From: an uncultured virus (IMG/VR IMGVR_UViG_3300029305_000620)
Taxonomy: Duplodnaviria; Heunggongvirae; Uroviricota; Caudoviricetes
Direction: 5' to 3' (one strand)
Length of the DNA stretch: 64,000 nt
Virus record (IMG/VR): IMGVR_UViG_3300029305_000620
Shown here: piece by piece, positions 1 through 10,075 of the stretch
How the letters are laid out: each line of letters opens with the position of its first letter
Position numbering within the stretch: position 1 is the first letter of the stretch
Translations under genes and position numbers: made by a program
Notes under the pieces: generated by a model
The model's input: the letters and a program-made list of their open reading frames with translations, nothing else
What the model was told of the DNA's origin: nothing
The model's database searches: none

Positions 1-3000
1 CCAGCTTCTCCTTTTCCTCCAGCGTGCGAAGGTTCTCCTGATACCGCTTCAGCAGCAGCTTCTCCGTCTCCGTCATGCGGTCGGTGGGCTTCATGCCGCC
101 CAGGAATTCCCGGATGCTCACGCCGTCCGGGGCTTCGTCGCGGCGGCTGAACTGCACGTTCTCCACCGCATTGGCCTTTTCGAGCCGGTCTTCATCCGTT
201 CCATCGTAGGTTGTATACTTGATTCCCAGCTCATCCAGCTTGGCAGCCAGTTCAGCAGGCATGTCCTGCGGTGCAATAAGCATTGCCACCTCGTCGAAAT
301 TCACGACGCGCGCAGGCTTTGCTTCAAAGTAGCCGGTGGGCATGTTCTGTGCCTGACGGATGATTTCCTGCGCATGTCGTGCCTTTGCCGGAGTGATCTT
401 CATGAAACCGTTGCTCTTGAACAGACGGACGATGCCACTGTTATCCATGGTGCTCTTTGCTGCCTTGACCAGCAGATTTCCTGCTTGTTCCTGCTTGTCG
501 TAGTCCCATGCTTCGATGCTGTTCAGGAAGTCGTGCAGCTCGTTGTCAATCTCTGCAAGCGCGGCGTTGTACTCTTCCTCGCTGACCTTGCCAAGGCGGC
601 TACTGTCTGCCCTGATGGCTTCAATGCTGTCATACCGTCGGGCCGCTGCGGCTTGAAGCCCCTTGGCGTTCGTGGGGCTGATGTCGCTTTCTGGCTCCTT
701 CTGCATGGCGCGAATTACATTCTCTGCCGTGTACGCATCATGAAGATACTTGAAGCTCCTGCGGTTTCCGGAGTTGGTGAACCGCTCCTTGCCATTGTAG
801 ATGCCCTTTTTGCCCATGAACTGTGCCAGCACATCCTCCACCCACGTATTGTAAGCTGTGCGGTCTATCTGCGCTTGCATGCCCAATCGGGTTGCATCGT
901 AGTTGTTCTCCGTCTTGGTCTGGACGGTTGTATCCCTGCCAGCGGCGTTGTATGCCTTAGCCTGGGTGACTCTGTTCAGCATCGCTATGCCGGAGCGCCT
1001 GTCTCCCGCCTGATACCGTCTGTATATCACAGCAAGCTTGTCGTTCGCGTCCGCAAGGGCTTGGCCGTACTTCTCGATGATGTCGATTCCACGCATGCTG
1101 ACGTTTGCATCATCGCCCATTACGTCGAGAATTGCATCGTACATTTCAGCGTTCTCAACGTTATACCCCCTGTCGACAACCACTTCGTGCGTCATGATGT
1201 TGACCGTCTGGCCTTGCTCGGTCAGGTAGGCCGCCAGCATACCGTGGTTATTCCATGCATTGTCCCGCAGGTCAGGAATACGACTGGTTGTTTCCTGCTG
1301 ACCGGCAAGCTGGTTGAAATACTGCTGCACTCTCTGCGCCATATAGCCATCCAGCTTTTTGACCGAATCGCTCATTTTCTTACGCACGTCCAGCAGCTTT
1401 TCGCTGTCGATTTCTGTTTCTACCGGAGGGAACGTGGGCGTCCATGCGTCGTTGCCGTATACACGGTTTTCAGCGTTCTTTTCCGGGTCAATAGTGTCCT
1501 TTCTGAAGATGACGCTGTAACCGCCGTACATGGTGTGCCCATGCTTCGCTTTTACAATGGCGATGGAAGGCATTGGGAATCCGCCCAGTTCCAGCGTGTC
1601 TGTCAGCTTGTCAGCACTCAGATTGTGCACCGCCATCAGGCCGTCCTCGCGCTTCTCCACGCTTGTACGCATGGAAAACTGGCGTGTCGTTGGCAACTCA
1701 TTCACCGGTACGGTCTGCTCCCTCGCCGATTTCTGAATGTTCCCATTGACAGATCCGGAAGATTGCGATACACTATTAGTAACAGAGCTGATGTGCGTTG
1801 CTTGCGCCTTCCCATCGGAAGGAATGCCGCCCGCAGGAGTAGGCTCTGTTTTTTCGTTGTCGTTATAGACAAACGCAGAGCCATCCGGCATCAGCACACG
1901 ATGTGTTTTGTAGTGGTTCTTGCTTGTTTGCTTGACCACAACAGCCATATTTCCGCGCATACCGTTGATCTCTACAGGGGCTGCAAATGTAACGGTTGTG
2001 TAGTTTCTGCCCTTGTGATTTTCGTGTCCGCTCGTCCTGATGCCTCGTTTTAGCACGCGGGGGATACATGCGAACGCCGCAATCTCTTCGCTGCTGTTGA
2101 GGTAGTTCAGGCTGTTGTTGATCTCTTTTTCGCCGTGCTCAACGATTCCAAAGTCTTTTACGTCGGTTTTGTATCCGCTGGACTTCAGTGCGTTTATCGC
2201 CCATGCTTTACGTTCTTTTTCCTTTACTCCATCGAATGACGGAGCATGTACGGATGCAACCACATCCATCGTGTTCAGTTGGTTTTGAACAGCACGCAAC
2301 TGATCCTTGATGCTTGTTTTTGCATCCGCTTCTACGTTTCGCGGACTGTACTGCACCATCACGCCTTCCTCGGCAATATGGTCCTCCCGCACTTTCGCTG
2401 TCGCCATCTCCACAAATCCCGCGTCCCACAGCTTCTGCAGTCGCTCGGAATACTGCATTACGCCGTTTCGCATCGTCCGCAGCGCCAGGGATTCCTCATG
2501 GCCTCCGGTCAGCGCCTTGAACGCCGCACGGATCTTCCCGATGAAGTCCTGTATGATCCGCTTGACCTTGTTCTTCAGCCCCGCGTCCATGTTCTGCACG
2601 AACTGGCTGTCCTGCAGCATGTACTCGGAGGCGTCCGCCACCACTTCGGCCTCGGCTCCCGCATAGGTCAGCTTCTGTCCGGCGCGCATGGCGGCGTCCA
2701 GCTTCTGCCGCACCAGCTGTGCCCAGTCCTTGCCGGCGGCGGTCAGTTCCTCCTTCACCGCCTGCTTGTACTGGTCGTAGAAGTCCACGCTGGTCGCCTC
2801 GATGGCGTGGGTCACTTCATGGCCCATCGTCCGCATGATGGCGTATCCCAGCGTCCCTTCTTCCTTCTGCCTTGCCAGCTCTGCCGCGTTGTTCACACCG
2901 GCGTTCACGTCCAGGTAGATGGTGTTGGTCGCTGCGTCGTAGGAGCCGTTCTGCGTGCTGATGCTGCCGCCGTCCATCGCCTTGCTTCGGAACATGACGA

Positions 3001-6000
3001 TGTTCAGCCCCGTGTTCCGGCTCAGGTTCTTCGCGAATTCCACCACCAGCTGCTGGCCTTCCGTCATTCCCTTGGTTGCTTCGTCCAGGGCTTTTGCGTC
3101 TCCGCTGCCCTTCACATCCGCATCAGAGGCCGCATCACCCAGCCAGCCCACCGTCGGCGCCGCGTTGCTCCGGGCTTCCTTTGCCCGTGCTACGCGGTTC
3201 TTTTCGTCCTTCACAGCTTCGTAGCGTCCGTGGTCGTATGCGATCTGCATCAGCTTGCTGGAGGGTTTCTGCTCCACGCCGCTGTATCCGGCGAGGTAGC
3301 TTTCCTCAAACTGCTGGATGAATGCTCCCGCATCGCCGCCCTGCTGGGCATATGTTCCTGCCATGATGTTGATTTCTTCCGCGCTCATTTCATGACGGGA
3401 TTCATAGGCTGCATATTCCAGAATGGTCGCAAGGCCCTCATCGCCAGCACCGGTCAGGCTATCCACGGATACTTCCTTCAGCTGATCGCTGCCATCCACG
3501 CTAATGCCGACCTTCAGGGTGTCCCCGTCTTTGATGACCTTCCTGAACTCGCCCTGTCCCTTGGTTCCGTCATCATAGGCCAGTTCCTTCGCCTGCAGCT
3601 TGTTCTTCCCCTTGTTGCCCTTGGTCAACGCCTTGGCGCGCTCTGCCGCCTTTCCGGCTGCGGTAACGTTGCTGGTCTTGCTGGTCATTGCCTCTCGGAA
3701 TTGTGCGGCCTTGCCCAGCGTACCCACTGCTGCCTCCGTCAGTTTCCCCTGCGTCTGCGCTTTCCAGCTCTGTCCTGCGCGGTTTTCTTCTCCCTCGCGG
3801 GTTTCCGTCGCCAGTTCCTTCACCACCTGGCTGGCATTGTCCGTCCAGGCGATCGCCGCACGCTCATGCATGGGGATTTTTTCGCCCCTGCTTACCTTGC
3901 GGATCGTCGGCGCCAGGGTCTTTGCGCTGGCTGCGTCCTCGCCCAGCTCCACCAGCCGATCCTCGATGGCCTCCTCGTAGATCCGGTTGACGGTCGCCGC
4001 GTTTTCATCGCCGATGTCCTTTGCCACGGCGTTGACCAGTTTCCCCAGGCTGCGGGTGCTGACCTTTTTGCCACGCTTCTGCATATCCCGGATGGGCGCC
4101 GCTGCCTGGGCAGACGCACTCCCTGCCGGCATGCTCTCCGCGATCTTCAACACACCTTCGATGTCTCCCTCACGCTGCAGCTGCTTGCCCGTCGCGCGGG
4201 TATTCATGTCCTGGCTGATCGCGCCTCCACCGCCCATCAGCAGGGAGGATATGGCGGTCTGCACAATGGTGTTCAGCAGGTCGGTCCCACGCTCTCCGGC
4301 GCTCTTGATCTCCGCTTCATGCCCGAAGATCATCGCAACGACGTATTCCACGCCCTCTTGTCCGATGGCGTTCACTACTTCTTCGCCGATCTCCGCGCCC
4401 ATGCTGTTGATGAGATACTTCGACGCACTTGGTACATCCACCTTGAACAGATTGTCCAGGCCGATCTTCTCGGTAACGACTTCAAGTCCGCCGATCAATC
4501 CTGCCTGCACAACCTTCGCCGCACCGGACATATCATCCCGCAGCGACAATTCCTGCAATGCGCTTGATGTACTGCCCAGTCCCGCCAGCGCCAGCGCGCC
4601 GAACTTTCCGCCTGCCCCAATGCGCAGCGTATTGTCCGCCGCCGATGTACCTCCAGTGTACAGGTGTTGAAGGATATTCTTCCCGCCGATCGTGCCCAGA
4701 TTGTTTGCCCACTCTACTTCACCCAGTCCGGCTTCCTGAGCAGCGTTCACCATCTGCTGCATGTTTCCGAAGTCGTTTGTATGGCCGTAGTAGTTGTCAT
4801 CTCCGCTCAACGCCTCTGCGGCTTTCACAGGAGCCATCAGCGCGTCTGCGATTCCTGCAACGCGACCGATCATCCACATCGGTACAGACAATTCCTTCGA
4901 CGTCGCCAGCACTTCTGTCTCGGCGTTCTTGACCATGTATCTGCGCTTGCTCAGTTCTCCCTCCAGCGAGTCCAGGAAGCCCTGGGCGATCTTCGGATCT
5001 GTGTGATACAGGTCATTGTAAACGACGATCTCGTCCGGCAGCAGGTAGTTGTATCCCTTGTCGTAATAGGACTGCACGGTCCGCTGTTCTTCATCCGTGA
5101 ACAACGAGCCCAGCCCTGCGCCCTGCATCATGCTCTCCACATTGAACTGCTGGCCGCTGCCGCCCTGATGGTTGATGAAGTACACCAGATTCGCCATCCG
5201 GTCGCTGCTGAACACCTGGGGGTCGTACCCTTCGATGTTCTCCGCGTAGTACTTTTCAAGATCCAGCGTGCCGGGGGTCTGCTCCGCCAGCCCTTTGTAG
5301 GTGTCCCAAAGCTTGCGGGCTTCCTGCTCCTTCACCGCGTCGTTGTACTGCTTCTCCAGTTCGGCAGTCTTGCTCTCATAGACCGGCATCTGCGGATTCA
5401 TCAGCGCTTCCCAGTCCAGCTCATCAAACTGCTTCTGCAGGCGGGCTTCCTCGGCGTAGTACTCCTCGTCGCTCATCGCCTCATATCGGCTGTTGATAGC
5501 ATCGAAGTCAAACAGTTCTTCCTGATCGCCCAGCAGGTAATCCGCCATCAGCCAGTTCTGCCAGCGTGCGGCTTCCTCCACCGGCATATTGGTCGTGTTG
5601 GGCTTGCCATCGTCCATGGTCTCGCCGGAATAGCCGCGATCCTTCTCTGCGTACAGTTGCTTCCAGCGTTCCGCATTCTTCGCAAGCTTCTCATATTCCG
5701 CCATCGCGGAGCCGGTTGCACACTCTGCGTCTGCAGCCTGACTGTCCTGATATTTCTTCAATAGCGCAGGGATCTGCGCGGCCAGGAATGTTCCTGACCA
5801 CGCAGAGGGGGCGTTGCCCTCCACATCCCATACGCCCTCGTCGCGGAATTTCCGAAGAAAGGCTTGCTGATCGAGGTAGCTGCGGAAGGTATGCTCCGGG
5901 TTGTATTCCTTGATCGTTCCGGCTGTGTAGAAGTTCTTGTTGTTCAGCTGGGCCGATGCCTGGCTGCTCAATCCCTGGCCACCCGCCTGCTTGTACTTCT

Positions 6001-6130
6001 CATACTCCGTCAGTTTCTGCGAGGCGGGGCCGCTTTTTGTACGCCACATCTGCTCTGCAGCTTCATCAACAGTCCCCTGCTGGATGAAGCGCTCGACGGC
6101 CAGCTCATACGGTGTCTTGATCCTGGGCAT
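1..6130 (-). CDS. Giant (>2040 aa, 3'-truncated by window) large polyvalent virion/ejection protein
   Basis: ATG at 6130 with GGAGG RBS. No terminated ORF from this start is in the track, so the frame appears open to the window edge. Contains HExxH (TMGHEVTHAIE ~2800-2830) and an LPD3-like segment (AAFACIPRVLKRG...TVTFAAPVEING ~1900-2100). Confidence 0.85.
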   Translation of the reverse strand, partial: MPRIKTPYELAVERFIQQGTVDEAAEQMWRTKSGPASQKLTEYEKYKQAGGQGLSSQASAQLNNKNFYTAGTIKEYNPEHTFRSYLDQQAFLRKFRDEGVWDVEGNAPSAWSGTFLAAQIPALLKKYQDSQAADAECATGSAMAEYEKLAKNAERWKQLYAEKDRGYSGETMDDGKPNTTNMPVEEAARWQNWLMADYLLGDQEELFDFDAINSRYEAMSDEEYYAEEARLQKQFDELDWEALMNPQMPVYESKTAELEKQYNDAVKEQEARKLWDTYKGLAEQTPGTLDLEKYYAENIEGYDPQVFSSDRMANLVYFINHQGGSGQQFNVESMMQGAGLGSLFTDEEQRTVQSYYDKGYNYLLPDEIVVYNDLYHTDPKIAQGFLDSLEGELSKRRYMVKNAETEVLATSKELSVPMWMIGRVAGIADALMAPVKAAEALSGDDNYYGHTNDFGNMQQMVNAAQEAGLGEVEWANNLGTIGGKNILQHLYTGGTSAADNTLRIGAGGKFGALALAGLGSTSSALQELSLRDDMSGAAKVVQAGLIGGLEVVTEKIGLDNLFKVDVPSASKYLINSMGAEIGEEVVNAIGQEGVEYVVAMIFGHEAEIKSAGERGTDLLNTIVQTAISSLLMGGGGAISQDMNTRATGKQLQREGDIEGVLKIAESMPAGSASAQAAAPIRDMQKRGKKVSTRSLGKLVNAVAKDIGDENAATVNRIYEEAIEDRLVELGEDAASAKTLAPTIRKVSRGEKIPMHERAAIAWTDNASQVVKELATETREGEENRAGQSWKAQTQGKLTEAAVGTLGKAAQFREAMTSKTSNVTAAGKAAERAKALTKGNKGKNKLQAKELAYDDGTKGQGEFRKVIKDGDTLKVGISVDGSDQLKEVSVDSLTGAGDEGLATILEYAAYESRHEMSAEEINIMAGTYAQQGGDAGAFIQQFEESYLAGYSGVEQKPSSKLMQIAYDHGRYEAVKDEKNRVARAKEARSNAAPTVGWLGDAASDADVKGSGDAKALDEATKGMTEGQQLVVEFAKNLSRNTGLNIVMFRSKAMDGGSISTQNGSYDAATNTIYLDVNAGVNNAAELARQKEEGTLGYAIMRTMGHEVTHAIEATSVDFYDQYKQAVKEELTAAGKDWAQLVRQKLDAAMRAGQKLTYAGAEAEVVADASEYMLQDSQFVQNMDAGLKNKVKRIIQDFIGKIRAAFKALTGGHEESLALRTMRNGVMQYSERLQKLWDAGFVEMATAKVREDHIAEEGVMVQYSPRNVEADAKTSIKDQLRAVQNQLNTMDVVASVHAPSFDGVKEKERKAWAINALKSSGYKTDVKDFGIVEHGEKEINNSLNYLNSSEEIAAFACIPRVLKRGIRTSGHENHKGRNYTTVTFAAPVEINGMRGNMAVVVKQTSKNHYKTHRVLMPDGSAFVYNDNEKTEPTPAGGIPSDGKAQATHISSVTNSVSQSSGSVNGNIQKSAREQTVPVNELPTTRQFSMRTSVEKREDGLMAVHNLSADKLTDTLELGGFPMPSIAIVKAKHGHTMYGGYSVIFRKDTIDPEKNAENRVYGNDAWTPTFPPVETEIDSEKLLDVRKKMSDSVKKLDGYMAQRVQQYFNQLAGQQETTSRIPDLRDNAWNNHGMLAAYLTEQGQTVNIMTHEVVVDRGYNVENAEMYDAILDVMGDDANVSMRGIDIIEKYGQALADANDKLAVIYRRYQAGDRRSGIAMLNRVTQAKAYNAAGRDTTVQTKTENNYDATRLGMQAQIDRTAYNTWVEDVLAQFMGKKGIYNGKERFTNSGNRRSFKYLHDAYTAENVIRAMQKEPESDISPTNAKGLQAAAARRYDSIEAIRADSSRLGKVSEEEYNAALAEIDNELHDFLNSIEAWDYDKQEQAGNLLVKAAKSTMDNSGIVRLFKSNGFMKITPAKARHAQEIIRQAQNMPTGYFEAKPARVVNFDEVAMLIAPQDMPAELAAKLDELGIKYTTYDGTDEDRLEKANAVENVQFSRRDEAPDGVSIREFLGGMKPTDRMTETEKLLLKRYQENLRTLEEKEKL

Positions 6131-6141
6131 ATGTGACCTCC

Positions 6142-6927
6142 TCACTGCTGAAACATCTTCAGGTAATCTTCAAAACTGAAACCCGGCGTTGTGTTTCCGG
6201 GCATGCTGGTCCGTCCACTCAGCATATTCTGCAGCATCTGCATGTACGCGGACGTGTCATCGCCTTCCTCTGCGCTTTTCTGCTGTACGGTGTAGGTCTT
6301 CGGTCTGATCGCCTCCACCATGCCAGGGTGCGCCGCTGCCAGCTCATACTGCTTCATCATCCTGTTGCCCTCTGCCATGTAGGCGTTCAGCGCCTGCTGG
6401 TACAGATCCGGGATGTTCTGATTCAGCGCCGTCATGTACTGCTGGTTCGCCTGTGTACCCACCTGCTGTGCGTAGGAGTTCCCGTAGCCGCCCGTCAGTG
6501 CCGCCGCCTGCCCCATCGCATTGCGGGACGCCTGCGCGCCCATCTGCGCATACTGGTCCGCCATCTGCTGGTATAGCAGGTCTCCGTTCAGGTCATACTG
6601 AAAGGGCTTGCGGTTCATGATCTGATCGTACAGCGCGTTAAGCTGGTTGACATAGGGCTGGTTACCCGCGTTGACAGTGTAGGTCGCGCCGCCGGCGCCT
6701 GTTGTTCCTCCCCCAACGCTTGTTGATGTTCTTTCCGCTGTCGTTCTTGTTGGTGCCGTTGGGTAGTTATATGCTATTTCTTCGAAGCTTTGGTCTTTCA
6801 TGCCTTCAGGCCATATTGGGCCAATGGGATAAGCGTATTTTTGCTGTTCACTTGTCGTTCCTCTTGTCTGTTCTGGTCCGATTGTTGTCCCATAGTTGGT
6901 GAATTCGTCATACGGTTTTCTGCTCAT
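6142..6927 (-). CDS. Putative ejection/internal virion protein (Gln/Ala-rich)
   Basis: 261 aa ORF with YQQMADQY...AAALTGGYGNSYAQQ; lies between the tail protein and the giant protein. Confidence 0.6.
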   Translation of the reverse strand: MSRKPYDEFTNYGTTIGPEQTRGTTSEQQKYAYPIGPIWPEGMKDQSFEEIAYNYPTAPTRTTAERTSTSVGGGTTGAGGATYTVNAGNQPYVNQLNALYDQIMNRKPFQYDLNGDLLYQQMADQYAQMGAQASRNAMGQAAALTGGYGNSYAQQVGTQANQQYMTALNQNIPDLYQQALNAYMAEGNRMMKQYELAAAHPGMVEAIRPKTYTVQQKSAEEGDDTSAYMQMLQNMLSGRTSMPGNTTPGFSFEDYLKMFQQ

Positions 6928-7075
6928 TTTCTATCTCTCCTTCCTTCACAAGGTTGTTGATGATGTGCTCCAGATGTTCAGAAAGCCGGAACAGGTATCT
7001 GTATACCTGCTCCCAACGTTGCTCGTCCGTCCCCCTTGGCCGCTCCGGCCTCGGCACTTCATGATAAGTCGCCAT
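6908..7075 (-). CDS. Small hypothetical virion-module protein
   Basis: MATYHEVPRP..., translationally coupled to both neighbours. Confidence 0.55.
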   Translation of the reverse strand: MATYHEVPRPERPRGTDEQRWEQVYRYLFRLSEHLEHIINNLVKEGEIENEQKTV

Positions 7076-9300
7076 CAGTTTCCTCCTTCCTCGAATACCC
7101 TTGCGATGGAATAGATCTTCACATCTCCCACGCCGCTGATTCGCACCTGGCAGTGATCGCACCTCCGCGGGATGATCGGCAGCGTGAACGTCTGCAGTGT
7201 CCTGCTTTTCATCGTCCCCATGCGTTCCCATTCTCCGCTGGAGTCGTACTGGATGTCGAAGTGCATCACGCTGCCGGCCACCATCTGTGCCCTGATATTG
7301 AATCGGGACAGATATTTGCTCCGTTCAAATTCGAATCCGAAGATGCCAAACGTCGCGCTCCAGGGCTGATCGTTCACGCCTTCCTGTGCTTTTGCAGCGT
7401 TTTGCAGCAGCGTTTCTCCTGCTTCCTCCACCGCCATCACCAGCTCATTGCTGACAGAGGCCATCAGCGGGATACGCCGATTATCTTCCCGGTACCACAG
7501 CCCCTTCGCAGTGTCCAGCACATAGGTGCTGTACTGCATCCGGCTGTCCCTCATGTTGATGTAGTATTTGTCCCGCTGTGCGCCGCCCACCGCTTCGTAG
7601 TAGCGCTCCGTCCCCAGCTTTTCGCTGACGGAGTAGGGCATAGCACCGTCGTAGGCCATCACATCTGTTGCGGCCTTGTACATCAGCGTTTCATTCACCA
7701 CCGCCAGCGACCGCCAGGAGCCGTCCTGTACGCCTCTGCATTTGAGTGTGTTCAGCGTGAAGTTGCTTGGCTGTGTGCCGCTTATCTTGTGCAGGAATCC
7801 TTCCTTCCACATCAGCGGCACGCCCTGCAGGCTGTATGCTCCCGTGAATTTCCCGTCCGATCCGACCGACATGACATAGCTGTCCATGCTTGTCCCCTCG
7901 AACCTGTACCAATTCCGGAAGTCACCCAGCGCGCAGCAGCGGATCTCGTTGGTCAGCGTTCCGTCGATCTTTGCGTAGGAGCATCCCCAGATTCGGTTGT
8001 TCGCCTCGCACACATAGTCCAGGTCGGGGATCTTCAGTTCCACCGCAAGGCTCTCTGCAAGCGTCACAGCGGCCCTCAAAAGACCTGCCACGATGATGTA
8101 GTTATCTCCGCATCCATACAGGATGTTCGTCGTGTTCAGAAAGTCCACATCTGCATCCGCCGGCGTTGCGGTTACTTCATATGTGATTTCCAGCACAACG
8201 CCCGTGAAGCTTACGGAGCCACCGTGCTGACCGCTGACATTCGCGTCGTTGTTGCTCTGAAAGCGGAACAGGAAGGAGTACTCTCCATTTCCCGATGCCT
8301 CCACCGGCACCTCGTTTTCCTGTCCTTCCTTGATGGATGTCCCATTGACCGTCAGAAGCTTCGCTCCATATGCGGATGATCCGGCTGTCACTTTCAGCAC
8401 TGCGCTGGTCACCGCCGCTCCTTCCGGGATCCCGTCCACCTTGAAGGTTTTTGTCCTCTCTGCAATATTGGCAGTGCTGCTCACCCAGTTGGTTCCGCCC
8501 ATGTGGGTTGTATTGAATGCAGAGTACAGGTGGAAATCGTCTGTAGGGTAGGGAAGTGTTTCGGTTCCTGCTTCCGCTGCTGGTGCAGCTTCGCCCTTCA
8601 CCTTGGCGCCGCTGATGTGCACCACGTCGGATTCCTTCAGCCCCTTGCCGATCCCGTCCGCCTGAATCTTGATGTAGGTAGTCGCTACCTGGATCCACTC
8701 CTGGTGCATGGCGCTGTACTGCTTCAGCACATCTGTTTCACCGGATGTGTCCAGCCACATCTGCCGGTCCTCCGGTTCCGCCGGCGCAGTTTCGCTGATG
8801 GTGATACTGTCCTCGTCATAATTCGTGCCGTCCTTGCGGCACATCATCGCAGAAATGGTAGCATCCCCCTCCGGTCCCCATTTCTTTCCCATGTCCCCGC
8901 TGTCTTCCGGGTTGGTGACGTTGAAGTACTTCTTGTCCGGCCAGATGCATACATACGCGCCCATGCTCACAAGGTGCTTGGGCTGCATGCTTTCGTCCGT
9001 TGACAGCTTGATCGGCATTTCCGCGCCGTCCATATACACCTTGTCCTCATGGCAGAGGATCAGGCGATCCGTGCCCAGCATCCCGCTCAGCGGCGTTGCA
9101 AACCTGTTTTCTCCGCCCTCGGGCCATGTGTGCATCGCGCGCGGCTTGCGGGTGGACAGGACAGGATAATGATCACCGCTCATGTTGAGCATGTCTGCCA
9201 TTTCTCCATCTGCAATGGACAGTCCGCGGTTCAGCCCCAGGAAGGCTTTTGTGTTGATGGTTGCCGTTTCCCACATCGGCAGCTCAGGGAAAAATGCCAT
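7075..9300 (-). CDS. Tail/packaged-DNA stabilisation protein (P22 gp10-like position)
   Basis: 741 aa; FLGLN...GEMADMLNM N-terminus and PRRCDHCQVRISGVG C-terminus typical of podovirus tail-hub proteins. Confidence 0.65.
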   Translation of the reverse strand: MAFFPELPMWETATINTKAFLGLNRGLSIADGEMADMLNMSGDHYPVLSTRKPRAMHTWPEGGENRFATPLSGMLGTDRLILCHEDKVYMDGAEMPIKLSTDESMQPKHLVSMGAYVCIWPDKKYFNVTNPEDSGDMGKKWGPEGDATISAMMCRKDGTNYDEDSITISETAPAEPEDRQMWLDTSGETDVLKQYSAMHQEWIQVATTYIKIQADGIGKGLKESDVVHISGAKVKGEAAPAAEAGTETLPYPTDDFHLYSAFNTTHMGGTNWVSSTANIAERTKTFKVDGIPEGAAVTSAVLKVTAGSSAYGAKLLTVNGTSIKEGQENEVPVEASGNGEYSFLFRFQSNNDANVSGQHGGSVSFTGVVLEITYEVTATPADADVDFLNTTNILYGCGDNYIIVAGLLRAAVTLAESLAVELKIPDLDYVCEANNRIWGCSYAKIDGTLTNEIRCCALGDFRNWYRFEGTSMDSYVMSVGSDGKFTGAYSLQGVPLMWKEGFLHKISGTQPSNFTLNTLKCRGVQDGSWRSLAVVNETLMYKAATDVMAYDGAMPYSVSEKLGTERYYEAVGGAQRDKYYINMRDSRMQYSTYVLDTAKGLWYREDNRRIPLMASVSNELVMAVEEAGETLLQNAAKAQEGVNDQPWSATFGIFGFEFERSKYLSRFNIRAQMVAGSVMHFDIQYDSSGEWERMGTMKSRTLQTFTLPIIPRRCDHCQVRISGVGDVKIYSIARVFEEGGN

Positions 9301-9312
9301 ATTTTCCTCCTC

Positions 9313-9690
9313 TCAGAATCGCAGTTCTGTCACTTTGCTCTTGGGCATATGCTCTCTTGTCCAGTAATCGCATAGCGTCTGCCATGCGTTGTTGAACAGC
9401 AGCATGTCCTTGGTGTACTCATTTGTTTCCCGTGTTGCTATATCTATCTGCGTCGCCATGTAGTGGCGGTATATGTCTGCGTATGGTTCCGGTGCAAGAA
9501 GTGTCACACCGAATTCTGTGTCCTGGTCGTATCCTTCAAAACAAATGCCGTCCGGCACACCTTCGTGCTTCATGATGATTTCCCGCCAGATCATTCCATC
9601 CAGGTCACTCATCCATGCGACCTTTTGATTCGGCGGTATCATGTTGGGTTTCAGCATATCGATCGTGTCGATGGCAGCCTGTATGGTCAT
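9313..9690 (-). CDS. Head-tail adaptor-like protein
   Basis: 125 aa, position after the capsid; LLAPEPYADIYRHY motif. Confidence 0.5.
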   Translation of the reverse strand: MTIQAAIDTIDMLKPNMIPPNQKVAWMSDLDGMIWREIIMKHEGVPDGICFEGYDQDTEFGVTLLAPEPYADIYRHYMATQIDIATRETNEYTKDMLLFNNAWQTLCDYWTREHMPKSKVTELRF

Positions 9691-9707
9691 GCTATTCCTC
9701 CTCGTAA

Positions 9708-9742
9708 CAAAAAGGGGGACGGGGTTGTCCCCATCCCCCTTG
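9708..9742 (-). terminator. Rho-independent terminator after capsid genes
   Basis: GGGGATGGGGACAACCCCGTCCCCC followed by TTTTTT on the minus strand. Confidence 0.7.
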
Positions 9743-9746
9743 CGGG

Positions 9747-10061
9747 TCAGCCGATGTTGCGGCTCATGTTTTCCTTCGCTTCCTTCGCGATGTCATCGCG
9801 CACCTCGTCCAGCATGTCCATCTGGATTTCCATGCGCTTCAGCTGCTCGTAGATGGGCAGCGGCACTTCCCACTCCTTGCCCGTGGGCACGTTGTAGGCG
9901 CGGCCGTTCACCGCGACGTATACAGACTTCTTGTCACCGCCCAGGCTCTTGTCCAGGCGGATCTTCTTCTTCACCGCCCAGGGATTCTGCTCCTTGGCAG
10001 GCTTCTTGGCGGCTTCAGGCTTGGTCTCCACTTCGGTGGTCTTGACTTCCTTGTCAGCCAT
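9747..10061 (-). CDS. Hypothetical protein downstream of capsid
   Basis: 104 aa with RBS; VYVAVNGRAYNVPTG...EVP motif. Confidence 0.7.
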   Translation of the reverse strand: MADKEVKTTEVETKPEAAKKPAKEQNPWAVKKKIRLDKSLGGDKKSVYVAVNGRAYNVPTGKEWEVPLPIYEQLKRMEIQMDMLDEVRDDIAKEAKENMSRNIG

Positions 10062-10075
10062 TGCAGGTATCCTCC

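Noticed and set aside
374..6136. Long plus-strand ORFs (559, 773, 366 aa), and similar ones at 37330-39465 and 40462-42123
   Set aside because: Antisense shadows in register with real minus-strand genes in GC-rich DNA; no RBS or recognisable motifs
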